Origin: Podarcis pityusensis
Lineage: Eukaryota
Strand: one strand, 5' to 3'
Assembly (NCBI GenBank): GCA_964106645.2
Contig: OZ067046.1
DNA: 64,000 bases
Shown: positions 12,521 through 24,870 of the stretch, piece by piece
Position numbering within the stretch: position 1 is the stretch's first letter
Layout: the number at the start of each line of letters is the position of its first letter
Program-made: the position numbers and the translations under genes
The notes under the pieces: generated by a model
Database searches by the model: none
Told to the model about the DNA's origin: nothing
The model's input: the letters and a program-made list of their open reading frames with translations, nothing else

Positions 12521-12688
12521 AAGCACATGACTTCCCCCAAATAATCCTGGGAACTGTAGTTTACGGGTGCTGGGAATTTTAGATCTGTGAGAGGAAAATC
12601 ACAGTAAACTAAATGGGGCTTTATTGATTAGACCAGGTACCTTAATGCGTACATGGATGCTTTAAAGATGTGGATATGTTCCGCCTGT
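12521..12688. mobile_element. Harbinger-like MITE, right portion; probable target of the BovB insertion
   Basis: catgacttcccccaaa..atcctgggaactgtagttt matches 30594-30630; a possible left end ggcagatc..tttaa lies at ~11020-11050. Confidence 0.55.
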
Positions 12689-13199
12689 CCCATAAATTGT
12701 GAAGCTGTTCTCAGTCATATGTACTTGCCAGTGTCCCAGTGTCATGGCTCATGCATCACATATCCTATGGAGGATTCCAGAACCATTGCAGTATCCCACA
12801 CAGCTTTATTATGATCAAGATGCTAGGCACCTGCAAAATCTTAGGTATGTTAAGGTTATTCAAGCTTGGAGAATAGAATAAGATCTAAGTTTGAAAAAAT
12901 CTGTAGAGTTTTGGCTTTGAAGCCCACATAGCAATGCAGGAAGAAGGAGAGTTAAATGTGAGAGTGCACTCAGTTCTTTCCATATACTTTTTGGTTCAGT
13001 ATAAATGTCATTTCAGTGATATAATTTCTTTTTAACTGAAAGTGACCTGAGACTGAAGGGGTGTGGGGACAACTTCCCACTAGTATTCATTTTTAATTCG
13101 GGATTTCCACACCCAATCAGGTGTTTGCTCTCTAAAAAGGCACATTGATTTCTTCTACATCCCAGAGTCTTCTCCATATTAGCCTAGCAACAGAGTGTT

Positions 13200-14200
13200 A
13201 CAATTTGCAGTTATATTGTCAGTAACTCCAGTTTTATGCCTGGGTGATGACTAACAGACACTGTAATCTAATCCACATGATCAAGGTCTTGAAACATCAA
13301 CTATAGGTTTGGTAGCTCTAGAAAAAGCCTTTGACTGCATAGAATGGTGGACCATAAAAGTGTGTGTGTATAGGATTTGGACCTAATTTTTTTGTCGCAG
13401 CAAGCTGCACAACTCCTACTAGAGTTTCTAATTTGCTACCTTGCCTGTATGATCTCTATAAGATCACAAGATAAGACTTCTCATCTCCTGTCTCACTTCA
13501 ACCATTTCCCTTGGGAGCAACCTTGTTATTAAGGATTTTTATAGTATTGACACTGGGCACAAGCTTGGTATTCACATGGATCTTGGTCTTGTATGTCATG
13601 AGAATTTTCTTTCTGCTATACTATACTGCTCATGAACAAGCTTGACAGTTTGGGATCAATATCTGGCTATAAGGCCAATTACTCCAAATCTGAGGTAATT
13701 AACATCAGTTTACTAGCCTATATTTAGCAGACATTGCAGTTTCCCTTTTAATTCCCTTGGGATAAAGTTTATCCAATAAACAAACGTTGCAGGCGCTTGG
13801 GAATCTATATTTAATTTGAATAACTTAAGGGGGGAAACCTCAGTTACTCTCCCCCATTTTGCTACAAAGACCTGCAGCACTAGTCTACAAAGAATTTTTG
13901 AGTGATTAACACAAATAGCTAGCACCAAGATAATAGTATTTGCCATAATTTCTTTTTCTGTTCTAATCCTTATTTATCTATATTTGTAAACAAGAAGAAC
14001 CAAGTGGTAGCCATTACTCAGTGTTTTTATTAGGGGTGGCACTTTATAGAAATCAGTTGGCCATGGTGGATTGACCCTTTCTAATTTACAAATTTGTAAG
14101 GTTGTTTTTTGGTATTATTTCTCTCTAGCTCTTGCCATTGGAAACAGATGGAACAAAAAGTTGTTAAACTAGCTTCATTACAGGTTCTGAGTTTTGTAGT
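13200..14200 (+). pseudogene. Highly decayed L1-clade LINE ORF2 (RT region)
   Basis: Collinear translated motifs EKAFDCIEW (13321-13347), GFGPNF (~13373), SGYKANYSKSE (13662-13694) and FLGIK (~13752); many stops and frameshifts; boundaries approximate. Confidence 0.75.
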
Positions 14201-14364
14201 TTGGTGTATTTGTATGCTTTCTAAACACTATAACCTACCCTGAAAACAATTTCGAGAAAGGATGGTATAAAAATGTTTTATCATCATTATTATTTAAAAT
14301 AGTTTTTCTCAGTTTCATATAACATCTTAGAAATTTAGTATTTAACAATCAGTCTAATTTCTAG

Positions 14365-14460
14365 AGAAGGAATGAGCAAGTTGTGGTCCTTCAAATGGTC
14401 AAGAACAATGGAAGTTGTGGTCAGCAGTGTCTGGAGAGCCACAGATTCCCCACTTCTGCT
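14365..14460. mobile_element. Degenerate palindromic hAT MITE of the 53251 type; related copies ~10235-10310, ~31476-31590, ~54645-54770
   Basis: ggaagttgtggtcagcagtgtctggagagccacagattccccac resembles an arm of the 53251/49223 elements. Confidence 0.5.
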
Positions 14461-16329
14461 CTACAGGCCTACTATCTTTATCAACCAATGCTTATCTTTT
14501 GTAGAGAATATTTCCAAAGCTTTGCTCTGAAAAGAACTGAATTCATACCCATCAGAATTTGATAACCCGTGTACCCTTGCAATGTGAGAGTTTGATATAT
14601 TCCCAAGAGATTTGTGGACTAACAGGGTTTTCTGATTAAATTCAAATAATTTAAATACACTGAGTAACTGATGGCAAGTCAGTTTCCCCCTTGGCCTCAG
14701 TCCCCACCTTTAAAATAGGAACCATGGAGGCTTCTTTCAGAGAGTAGCTGTGGGACTGAATGACCTTAAATATACACCAATCTTTGGTTGCCACCAAAAA
14801 GCCATTACCAGTGCTGGTGATGATCTAGTGACAAAGAGAATTGCATTTGAACTCTCCCTATGTGGTGATCCAATCATATGCAGCTTTAGCACATCAGCAG
14901 CACATGGCAGCAGTGCCATTTATTTTCTGTTTATGCTAACAGGTGCTGGTATAAGATCCACTGTTTAGGGAAGCTGGCATTTAGTTGCAGCCACTAACAG
15001 TATATGTGGAGAACTTTACTATTACAGATCAACTTCCAAAAGTACTTCCAAAAGTACATCTAGCAAGAAATATAGAGGTTTGTTTGTTTGCTTATTGTTA
15101 TTCATTTATGGAAGAGCATATTGTGTGCTTTGTAAACAGGAAAGCACACAAATCTTTTAAGGACACAAAGCATATACATAAAATAAAAAGTGGAGGCCAC
15201 ACAGTTAGAAGGACCATGAAAACAATCCGCCCAACTCTGGACTGCAGAAAAAGTCAAGAAACCCAAAGACTTTTGACAACTTATTGGTTGCCAAGCTTGG
15301 CAAAATTCTCCATGCCTGGAAAGGGTCACGGAAAGCCAACTGGGGCCTCTATCTGTTGTGCTTCTCTTGCACTGAGCACGTTAATGGATACCAGAGGGAG
15401 CAGGTTGATTCCTGCAGGAAAGGGCTGTCTTTAAACACGCAGCTTTTTCTTCTTCTTCTTCCCACTCATCATGATGGCATGGATGTGTAAAAAGAGTCCT
15501 GAGCAGAGGAAGACCAGAGCTGGCATTGTCCTGCATCAAGCAGGGGGAGGGGGAGGGGAGAGGGCTTTGCAGATCATTACTCATTTATTCGCGCAGCAAG
15601 CTCCTTCCTCTGCCCATTCAGGCAGCTATTACTAGCTAGTGAAAAGTCACAAAGCCCTGTCATTAGCGGAATCAATCACGCCAGGGCCCAGGGAGAACCC
15701 TCCCGCAGCCTCTCATTTACTCAGCTAAAGAGCTCAGAGCCTGCTGTCTGCGGCTGACTCAGCTCCCGGGTCTCCAGCTCAGCCTCTTTTCAGCAGCTCT
15801 CTGGGCTCGCCTTCTCCCCTCCTCTTCTTTGTACTGTTTATTGGGAGATGCACTTTGTGGATTCTGCGCCAAAGAGAGGCTTTGGCCTAGTGTGCATTCT
15901 TTAGCTCCTGAGGATATTGCCATGGAGACACCACTGTTTTGAATGGTCTCCTCCCTTCCCCCACCAGTCTCCCAACAAAAAGTCCCTCTGGTTTTGGGTT
16001 GCTTTCTGACTTCATCTTGTTTTGCCTTTTCTCCTCAGTCGTCCCCCCACACTCCTTCAGAGACATTTTATGATCCAGGTGCTGGTCAGTTAAAGCTGAT
16101 TGGCCCCTGTAAAAACAAAAAAGACGTTTGTGTAGGAAAAGGCAGCTGGAGAGAGGGCACAAGGCAGACACAAGTTGGTTGGACTATAACCATATTTGGG
16201 AAAGACCAAAAACAACAATCACAACCCAAACTATTTTTTAAATGTAGAACATTTGCTGACCACTCAATCACCACAGTTCTCTGGACAGTTCCTGTAGAGG
16301 TCAATATACAATTAAACCATTAATTTAAA

Positions 16330-16620
16330 AGAATCAAAGTGTTAAAAACCATTTGACTGGTTTAAAACCACTACAACCAGCATAGCAGCAGTTAAAACCC
16401 AGCAGAAATAATCCATTCCAAGGGCAAAAAAACCCCCAACGTGAATAAAAATGTATTCTATTGGTACTGAAAGTTTTTAAATGTGGGTGCCAGGTGACTT
16501 TCCTTGGGGATGGCATTCCATAATTAGGCCACTATCTCCAAAAAGGCCTTCTCTGGAGAATTCCTGGACTGTAAGATCCAAGTTTGGATAACTACTTCTG
16601 GGAAAAGCCATTTAATTGAT
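16330..16620 (-). mobile_element. L2-type LINE 3' fragment
   Basis: ggtgccagg..ttccttgggga.ggcattcca..aaaaaggccttctc is the reverse complement of the L2 3' motifs at 180-290 and 56820-56930; A-rich tail. Confidence 0.45.
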
Positions 16621-17409
16621 GGTAGGCTGACATATCTTCATTGCCTAACACAGTGCTGCCAACCACAAAACATGCATACAAGAATCCTCCCATGATAAGA
16701 TTGTTATGCAAACAAAATAATAAGATGGGGTAAGATATAGCAGGCAGGTAGGAAAGTACTTAATCAGCACCTAAATGCTTGTTTCAAGGACAACTGAAAG
16801 TCAACCAAACAAACGGCATTCCCTCTTCAGTAGTCCTCCTACAGTAGGCCTATCAAGGAAATGCAGCTCCATCCTATATGCAGACCACCCTCCACTCTGC
16901 CACAGATTCAGCAGTGAATATGGTGTTGCTTGCAGTTGAGTGTTGTCTGAAATTCTTGCCTATAGTATAGAGGAAAATGGTCAGGCCTTCTTATTGCCTT
17001 CTTTCATTTGTTTTGTAGGTCACAACCGAAGGCAAAAGTGATGGAGCAGCTTTGCCTTAGTAACACACATATTTACCAACACAGCTTGATGGACACCCAG
17101 AATTATTTTGTTCTTGTGCTCTTGTTGCTAGGCTAATGCAATATATCAAGAAGGTGTGTCCTCCCAGACACATTTCTAGTTACTTTGAGGCTTCCTTTGC
17201 CTAAAGATGGTGATGTTAATTCATGTTGTGGAAAATAGGCATAAAAGCTTGGCTTCCTTCACTTGTGTTCTTTCAGAAGTGACCAGAGGATCGTTGCATT
17301 TTGTATTCTTCCATGTTTTGCAAAGTTGTTGCATAAATTAATACTTTTGTTTGCAGAGTTGGGAAGTGACTTGTCCGAGGGACAAGTGATTTGTAGCCAA
17401 ATGTGTCAT

Positions 17410-17575
17410 GCACTTGGTTGAGAACATGCTTTGCACAGAGAAGGTCTTGGGTTCAATTCTGACATCTCCAGGTAGGGCTGGGAAACCCTGAAGAGATAGT
17501 GTTATTCAGTGCAGACGGCATTAAGCTAGATGGATCAATTGCCTGACTCATTATAAGGCACCTTCCTATGTTCTC
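17410..17575 (+). mobile_element. Squamate tRNA-derived SINE (Squam2-like)
   Basis: A-box ggttgagaacatgctttgca; B-box ggttcaattc; body catctccaggtagggctgggaaaccctg..gctagatggatcaat..tataaggcaccttcctatgttc. Confidence 0.8.
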
Positions 17576-18223
17576 ATATTACCCTGCTTATTTTAACAAA
17601 AGCATCCTAATCATTGCAATCATTGTAGGTTCTGGGGGTGGGTGAGATACAGCTCTGATCATCCATGGGTGGCAGTTGTGCTAGTGGTGGAATATACTTA
17701 TTGAGTGGGTGAGTACAATTTTGCCAAGCTGTATTGAAAGTAATCTATCCCAACTTTCTACCCCTGCTTTGACTAAATCAATTACTATAATTTGTGGAAG
17801 AGGACATGGGGAGGTGGAGAAGCCATTGTTTGTCCTTTGGTTTATTGTTTTAGCTGATATTAGTGACAAAAAGATACTAACAATGTCTTGATGCAGGCGG
17901 CATTGCTCAGGCTGATCACATTACTTTGCCAGACATATTTTACACACTGCTCCACCTCCTACCCTTTCAGCTGTAAGTTTTCCAGCTCTGACTCACATTC
18001 AGTGTACTGTAATAAGCAGGTGTGGTGACTGCTAAAGATCTGCTAACTGGCCTTAATGGCACTATGCTGGCTAAGTTAACTAAGGTGGTGGGGGAAGGAA
18101 AGCTGTTTCTAAGTGCATGATTTCCTCAGAATAGAAATCCTGTTTCTTATGACACTTTCCCTTCTCTTTTCTTACCTCCCCATTTCCTAAGCACATTTTC
18201 AGAGCAAAATTACCTCTAATTTT

Positions 18224-18643
18224 CATGGGGCCGGCCCTCCCATGAGGCAAGGCAAGGTGACTGCCTCAGGCAGCAGGATTCAAATCGACAATATTTCCAG
18301 CATTGTCGGGCGCATCTTTGGCGGCTGCATCTGCCATCTCCTCAACAGCCCCCCTCCCTCCGCCATGCCACATCTATAACAGCCTCTTGGTGAATAGAAG
18401 GTATAATGCTGCTCTCCGGCCATCAGGTAGGAAATGGCAGGTGCTGCCCCCTCAGGTGTCCTGGGTTCTGCACCTGCCCAGCATGATTTAGAACAGGGTC
18501 CTTCCCCCCCCCCCCCCACTTCAGCTGCCAAGTAAGGTTGATTTGGCTCTTCACTCACCCCTTCTTCCCTGGTGGGGAGTGTAAGGACACACACACCATT
18601 TTGTGGTTCACCTCAGATGCCAAAATACCTTGGGCTGGCCCTG
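18224..18643. mobile_element. hAT (Tip100-like) non-autonomous element
   Basis: Termini catggggccggccc / gggctggccctg; GC-rich interior; TSD degenerate (ctaatttt/ggaatttg). Confidence 0.65.
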
Positions 18644-19420
18644 GGAATTTGTGTTACAGTTAAATAATATACTGGAACCAAGCCCCATGTTTTCTAGCTA
18701 GTGGAAGCCCCGCCTTTGCAATATTCTCTCATTTCAAGGAAGAACAAAACATCTTTCGGCAGTATCCATCTTTCACATCTCCAGGGTGTTCTATGAATTT
18801 TCTCTTGGAATTTGAATACTTTTGTTTCTATAGCAGCATTTTAGCATTACTGGTTTACTTCTGTCTCCTTCATAATCACCAAGGAATTTGATGTTAATAT
18901 TTGTATTTGTATCTCTGTTTTATCTCTGCTTAGTTCCCAGTTGACACACTGATATCAAAACTGTTAAGGTACTTCCACAGTAGATAGAAAGTGGAAGCTT
19001 GGTACAGATGTATTCCAACAGATTGATCCTGATTGCTAGAAAACACCTGAGAACCTGATACTTTACTCCCTCAAAACTTAAAATAAGAAGTCTGAATCAT
19101 AACAGTGCCAGTGGTCAAAATGGAACAAGCCAAATCACAGATAGGATGACATGTTGCTCTGTGGCAGCAGTTCTCAAACTTCTTTTCCTTGAAAAATCCT
19201 GAGGGTCAATTAAACTTTTAAAACTAGTTTTGTTCTATAAATCAACTCGGATTCAACTCTTTAACTGAAGAACAGTTCTATTCTGAACAGCTTTGTTCAA
19301 CATTTGCAGGAGTTTCATTTTTTAAAGCACTGCTCTGCATGCGTCTCCAGTTGTTAATATAAGCTGCAAAGTTGCTTGTGGAGCAGTGTGTTTGCAACAC
19401 TATGGCTATGGATATGAAAA

Positions 19421-19422
<2 letters not shown>

Positions 19423-19452
<30 letters not shown>
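19423..19452. repeat. (TG)n microsatellite
   Basis: Direct reading. Confidence 0.95.
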
Positions 19453-19453
<1 letters not shown>

Positions 19454-20116
19454 ACGTGCGTGTGCATGCACGCTCCCACAATACCCTACTTCTGATCCTG
19501 GAAAAAGGGGACCGGTATATTTGCTTTTGTAGTACTCTGTAGTCAGTATTGTGTTCTCTCAGAGCCTTTTCTGTTTGTATGTAGTTTAAGAGTTTCATTA
19601 ATTAAAAAAACATACAAATAAAAATACCCTGATACAATTTCTATGCAATTTTATGACTCCATAGCATAATCTCTGATAGAGGAAATAGCCCTGGCTTTTC
19701 ATTCAGAAGTATATTTTTTGATATGAGCTAGGCAGTCCTTGGCTCAATTTATTATTTTAAAACCTGATCATTTGTAAATATTGCAAACTATAAACAATAT
19801 TTTAGATTCACCCTCTTCTTTAATGCAGCCTTAGATCTCCCAATTTCAGTTCTCCGTTACTAACACCTAGGCATTTTCCTGATGGGATATGCTAAGAATT
19901 GCACACGAATACATTTTTGCTTTTTGTTGCCTTGTACTTTTCTCAATTCATCTCCATAGCATCCTTGGAAAGAATAGGAATGAGGGGGTGATAAAAGTTG
20001 CATATTGCATTAATTTAGCACTATTCAGAGAAATGTGCCAGGGACAAGATTTTGAAGGTGCACGAGCAGACATGGCTAGAGCCAAGAGTAGTTGTTAGTC
20101 TCTATTTCCTCTCAGC

Positions 20117-20301
20117 CAGGGGTGCCAACTTGAATAAAATATGGGGTGTGTGTGTTAAGCTGCACAACTTATAATTGATCATATGATGTGATGCATGCAC
20201 ACCATCGGAATGGCAATGCTTATCAGCTTTGGGGGCAGCCCCCTCAAATATTTTATTGGGGGGGCTGAAGACCCCTCAGCCCCTAGGACTTGGCTCCTAT
20301 G
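20117..20301. mobile_element. hAT MITE
   Basis: Perfect 8-bp TSD ctctcagc (20109-20116, 20302-20309); imperfect TIRs caggggtgccaac / cttggctcctatg. Confidence 0.85.
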
Positions 20302-22557
20302 CTCTCAGCTCACTTTTTTCATAATGCGTGGACCAAACAGACAGTATAATAGAGGCAACCCCCTATTTGGATTAAGTAAGAGTAGTGGGTAGACATATTT
20401 CCTACTGTTGCAAGAGTGTCTTTTCCCCCCTTCCCAGGTGGCATTCCATTGGGCATCTGAAAAGAAGGCATGTGCCAATATGTGTGTGTTCTTGTAGCTG
20501 GCCCTTTGCCACAATTGAGTGATGGCAGTCAATTCAGCTTTCTTAGGGGGGCTCTGTTTGTTGGGGACTGGAAGTCTCATTCAGGCTAATTTTGAAAGGC
20601 CTTGTGCTGGAAGATGGAGAAGACTCTACATACAGTACTAGCTGTGATGAGCTTCTACAGTTCAAATGCTTCCAGCAGTTCTAATTCCTTGATGCAATAT
20701 TGTGAGGATGGGTGGAAGTTAGGTGATTTTGTTCAGGGAAGCATGCAGGCATGGAAATGCTGACTCTCAGTGATCTTCCATTCATTTAGGGTGAAATAAG
20801 AGTAGTTTTGTATTAAATTATGCACAACTAGGCTGGATGCAGAAATAGTGATGGGATGAATCACTTAAGCATGTTTGTGCTAATTACTGCTTAGCCTTTA
20901 TGGTGACAAAAAAACACAATAGTAGCCTTCTCAGTCTGCAGGAAACTCTTCAGACAAACCCTTTGCAACGTTGCAGAAGTCTTCCATGAATCAAATTAGC
21001 TTTGGTTTGTGAATGTTAAAAGAACCACTGTTTTAGTTTTAGCTGTCTCTCCTCCAAAACATCCTAACCTGAAACAGACAAATTCCCATCGTCACTAGAA
21101 AAAGGACAGGAATTATTTCCATTAGAAAATGAACAGGAACTTTTACTACTACCAGTGGACTGTTTTAAGTTGATCGTTATGTCGTACAGGTCAACTGAAA
21201 TACCACGGTATTAGTGCAGCACAATCAAAAGACCCTTGCTCCCAGATTTGAAGTCTTTGCTTGTCACATTATGACATAATATTTACAAAAAGCAGAATGG
21301 GCAAGTACCAGCTTGAAAGCTACACATTTTCCTTCAGATGCGTTTTGTGTGTTTCTCATCAGGGTTTTGTTTTAAACAGATCACATGGCCCACAGTTTAC
21401 CCTGCTGTATGCTTGTCCATTTAACAGCTTATGTTTTGACTATTGTTCTGAATGGTATGTAAGTAGTTATGTTGGATTTCTGTAAAAGTGATTAGAAAAG
21501 GAGATCTAGGACAAACTTGGTCAACTTTTGTAAAGGCTGCCTACTTTTTGACAAGGTGAATTAGTGCAGCTTTCCTCTCTTCATGCTTGATTGCTACAAA
21601 GCCCTCCATTCACTGGACCCCTGTAGGTAATCTAGTGCCACCTTCATTTTCACTACTGCCAAAATCAATGCTTCTTGGTGGGGGAAAAACTGTTGTCTGA
21701 ATTCATCCCTCACACCAAGGGATCAGAGCCTGCTATAATAGGTAATTTGATCATGAAACTTGCTGTGGTAAACAAGTGCTTAGAATGGAGTATGTTGGCT
21801 ACTTGAACATCATAAAAGATGACATTTTCAATCCTTCCCTGAGGTTGCCACCTTAGTAGACCTTGGCAGTTAAGGCTGCCAGCATTTAATTTCACTCTTG
21901 ATTTGAGTTCAGGCTGTTTTGTTTTCACAAATGTGTTATCTGCCTGCTCTAAGACTAAAGTATTAGGATGATGGGGGGGGGGGAGAAAAAAAATCAGGGC
22001 ATGAGACAATAAGGTACGTCTCTAAAAAGATCAGGTTGCCAACTAATTGAAATGCTTTTCTAATACTCTTTAATGTGTTAAGACATCTTGAACTTGAAGA
22101 AATCTTTGCCAGGAGGAAGACATAATATATCCTGAATATTTCAGACAAATAGCATTACGTTAACACCACTATGTATAAATTACATTTAACACACAGGTTT
22201 TTGGGCATTAACATACATGCATAATAATAGGGAATAAAAATTGCACTCACATGTCACGGGGATCTTAAAAACATTGATTATTACTTCCAAGTAAACATTG
22301 TTATGAACAATAGCAACGCTATAATCATCCAAATACACAAGTGTATTCTACCCAAGTCATTTATGATTTTAAAGGTGATAATTGCATTTCAAATTGCATA
22401 TAGAAACAGACTGGAAGCCAATGAATTACTTTGTCACTATCATCAGAAGGTTATGAATCTACTATTTCCTAATACTACTTGCTACAGTTGATGTCTAGTT
22501 TTCATTTGAAAATGTTGTGCTCTAACTTTTGAATACTGTTCTGGTCAAAACACATAC

Positions 22558-22595
<38 letters not shown>
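22558..22595. repeat. (AG)n microsatellite
   Basis: Direct reading. Confidence 0.95.
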
Positions 22596-22596
<1 letters not shown>

Positions 22597-22667
22597 CAGA
22601 AATCTTGAGCTAATTTATCAGAATACATTGGGTTTGAGTTGGACTGTGTGGTTTCTGCTGAAACATG

Positions 22668-23283
22668 ATGCTGTCTTACACTGAGTCAGGTCCCTGGTCC
22701 GTTTAGCTTAGTATTGTCTACACTGACTGGTAGCAACTGTCCAGGATTTCAGATTGGAGCATTTTCCAACCCTGCACTTTTAACAAAAAAATAGGTATTA
22801 TGAATCTGTGTTGTTTTTAATCCAAGTTGATCAGAGACCTTTGAGTAACTTAACCACTTGTTGTTGTTGTTTAGTCATGTCCGACTCTTCATGACCCCAT
22901 GGACCAGAGCACGCCAGGCACTCCTGTCTTCCACTGCCTCCCGCAGTTTGGTCAGACTCATGCTGGTAGCTTCGAGAACACTGTCCAACCATCTTGTCCT
23001 CTGTCGTCCCCTTCTCCTTGTGCCCTCCATCTTTGCCAACACCAGGGTCTTTTCCAGGGAGTCTTCTCTTCTCATGAGGTGGCCAAAGTATTGGAGCCTC
23101 AGCTTCAGGATCTGTCCTTCCAGTGAGCACTCAGGGCTGATTTCCTTAAGAATGGATAGGTTTGATCTTAACCACTAACAACCCCAAAAACTTAACCACT
23201 GACAACCCCAAAAAACACCACCACCATATACCTGGAGATGCTGGGATTTGAAACTGAGACGTCCTGCATGCAAAGCAGATAGT
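22668..23283 (-). mobile_element. Squam2-like SINE split into two parts (22668-22775 and 23229-23283)
   Basis: 3' body (cttacactgagtcagg..gtattgtctacactgactgg) and tRNA head (tacctggagatgctgggatttgaa..gcatgcaaagcagat..ctaccactaagctat) are collinear on the minus strand, separated by ~450 bp. Confidence 0.75.
22859..23188 (-). mobile_element. BovB LINE 5'-truncated 3' fragment
   Basis: Encodes MRREDSLEKTLVLAKMEGTRRRGRQRTRWLDSV..; (CAA)n tail; TSD aacttaaccact at 22847-22858 and 23189-23200. Confidence 0.95.
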
Positions 23284-24694
23284 CTACCACTAAGCTATGA
23301 GCCTAGGCTGGATTTAGCCTTAAACATTCAGAATGACAGAAGGCTCTGCTTTGGGACATGAAAGGTCCCACTTAGCCAGGGCAGGAACACCATTATTTTC
23401 ATTCAACGTGCCTTGATGTTTTTCACTTTGACTCTGTAAAGTACATCTCGCTCTGGCTGCAGTGGTAGCACAGTGAATCCTTGGTTTTATTGAAGAGTAC
23501 ATTTCCAATACCACCTGGAATCAAGTTTTATTAATCCTTCCTCACCTACCATCCAATATGGTTATGAGAAGTAATTAGTTAATGTTTGTACAGCACTTTG
23601 AAGCTGTAATGCCCTATTAGGTTCTAGTCTGTGCCTGATGCACGAGCAGAGCTCCCATTAATGTTAATGGAGGTTACAGGCGCTTCTCAAGCGGAGAATA
23701 TCTGTGTGGAGAATAATTATACTTATTAGCACATTTCACAATATTATTTGATCAGACTTTTGTAATTTAACTTAATTGTTTTTCCTTAAATATAACTTAC
23801 CGAAATTAAACTTATGGTTAATTCTGAATCGTCTAACATGCAAGATGCAACCTGCCTGGTAAACTCACAGCGAGGAAGGGAAAAAACTTCAGCCTCCCCC
23901 TCCCCCTGAGTCTTCATGTTTTCATTGTGCTACTTTTCTGTCCAGAGAATTGTGCGTTTCCAGATTATGCAACCGGCAGGATACCTTTCTGGCTAAGAAA
24001 GCAGGCGTGCAACACCTAGTCCAAATCATATTTGATTACCACTAATTATAGTGCTGTCATATAGAAGGGGAGAGCAAGACGGCTGGCTTTGTCAAATCAC
24101 AATGAAATAACCTGCTGTCTGTCTGCTGACTTAATAGCTTTAATTGCCAGTGAATAATCAAGATCTGGTGGATGTGTTTGAACATATCAGCAGGCACCAA
24201 ATATTTCAATTAAGACCAGGTTGTGTAACTCCTTTTTCTGTGGTTGGAACAGTTCAGAAGAAGTTCTGAAGCTCACAAAGGAGGACTTGTGATAGCCGGC
24301 TGGGCCTTGAAGGTTTTCTCATCAAAGCAACATTCTCTAGGCTAAGCAATATTCAGGGATATTCTTAAGATCGGCAAATCTTGACGCCAGGACCCTTACC
24401 TTAGTCCTGTTAGCATTGCCCACCCCTACTAATCACAAGGGTGAGATTTGTGTCTTCCACTTGATTTTACATATTTCGTTGCACAATTTCAACTCCCATT
24501 AGTCCCCCATGAAACAAAATGGAAGAGGTTTAGGCATAATTACAACTTGGAACAAAAAATGTTGGCTGTCTCACCAGAGTTACTGAAAATTAAATGTGGC
24601 TCTAAAGAGGAGGATGGTTGTCAGAAAGCCCAACTGACAATCTTGTGGGGCAACCTTGTTTCCATTAGGTAACCCCAATGAAAAATATTTGTTT

Positions 24695-24870
24695 GGTGTA
24701 GTGGTAAGAGTGTTGGACCAGGCCTGGGAGAGCAGGGTTCAGATCCCTATTGGGCCATGAAGCTCACTGGGTGACTTTGGGCTAGTCACTATCTCTCAGC
24801 CTAAACTACCTCACAGGGTAGTAAATAGCATGGAGGAGTGTGTGCACACCACCTTCAAATACAATAATAA
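24695..24870 (+). mobile_element. MIR/Ther1-derived CORE SINE (Squam3-like); core fragment also at ~50866-50935
   Basis: ggtgtagtggtaagagtgttggac A-box; ggttcagatccc B-box; ctgggtgactttgggctagtcact..ctcagcct..tacctcacaggg CORE. Confidence 0.8.

Noticed and set aside
14985-15434. 149-aa ORF (likewise 15943-16323, 39884-40333, 59861-60268) as host genes
   Set aside because: No recognisable domains or splice context; consistent with chance ORFs.
20644-20763. C/D box snoRNA (gtgatga...ctga)
   Set aside because: No convincing terminal stem or recognisable rRNA-complementary guide.
21190-21207. 18-nt microexon (tacag/GTCAACTGAAATACCACG/gtatta)
   Set aside because: Weak polypyrimidine tract and donor; peptide not recognised.
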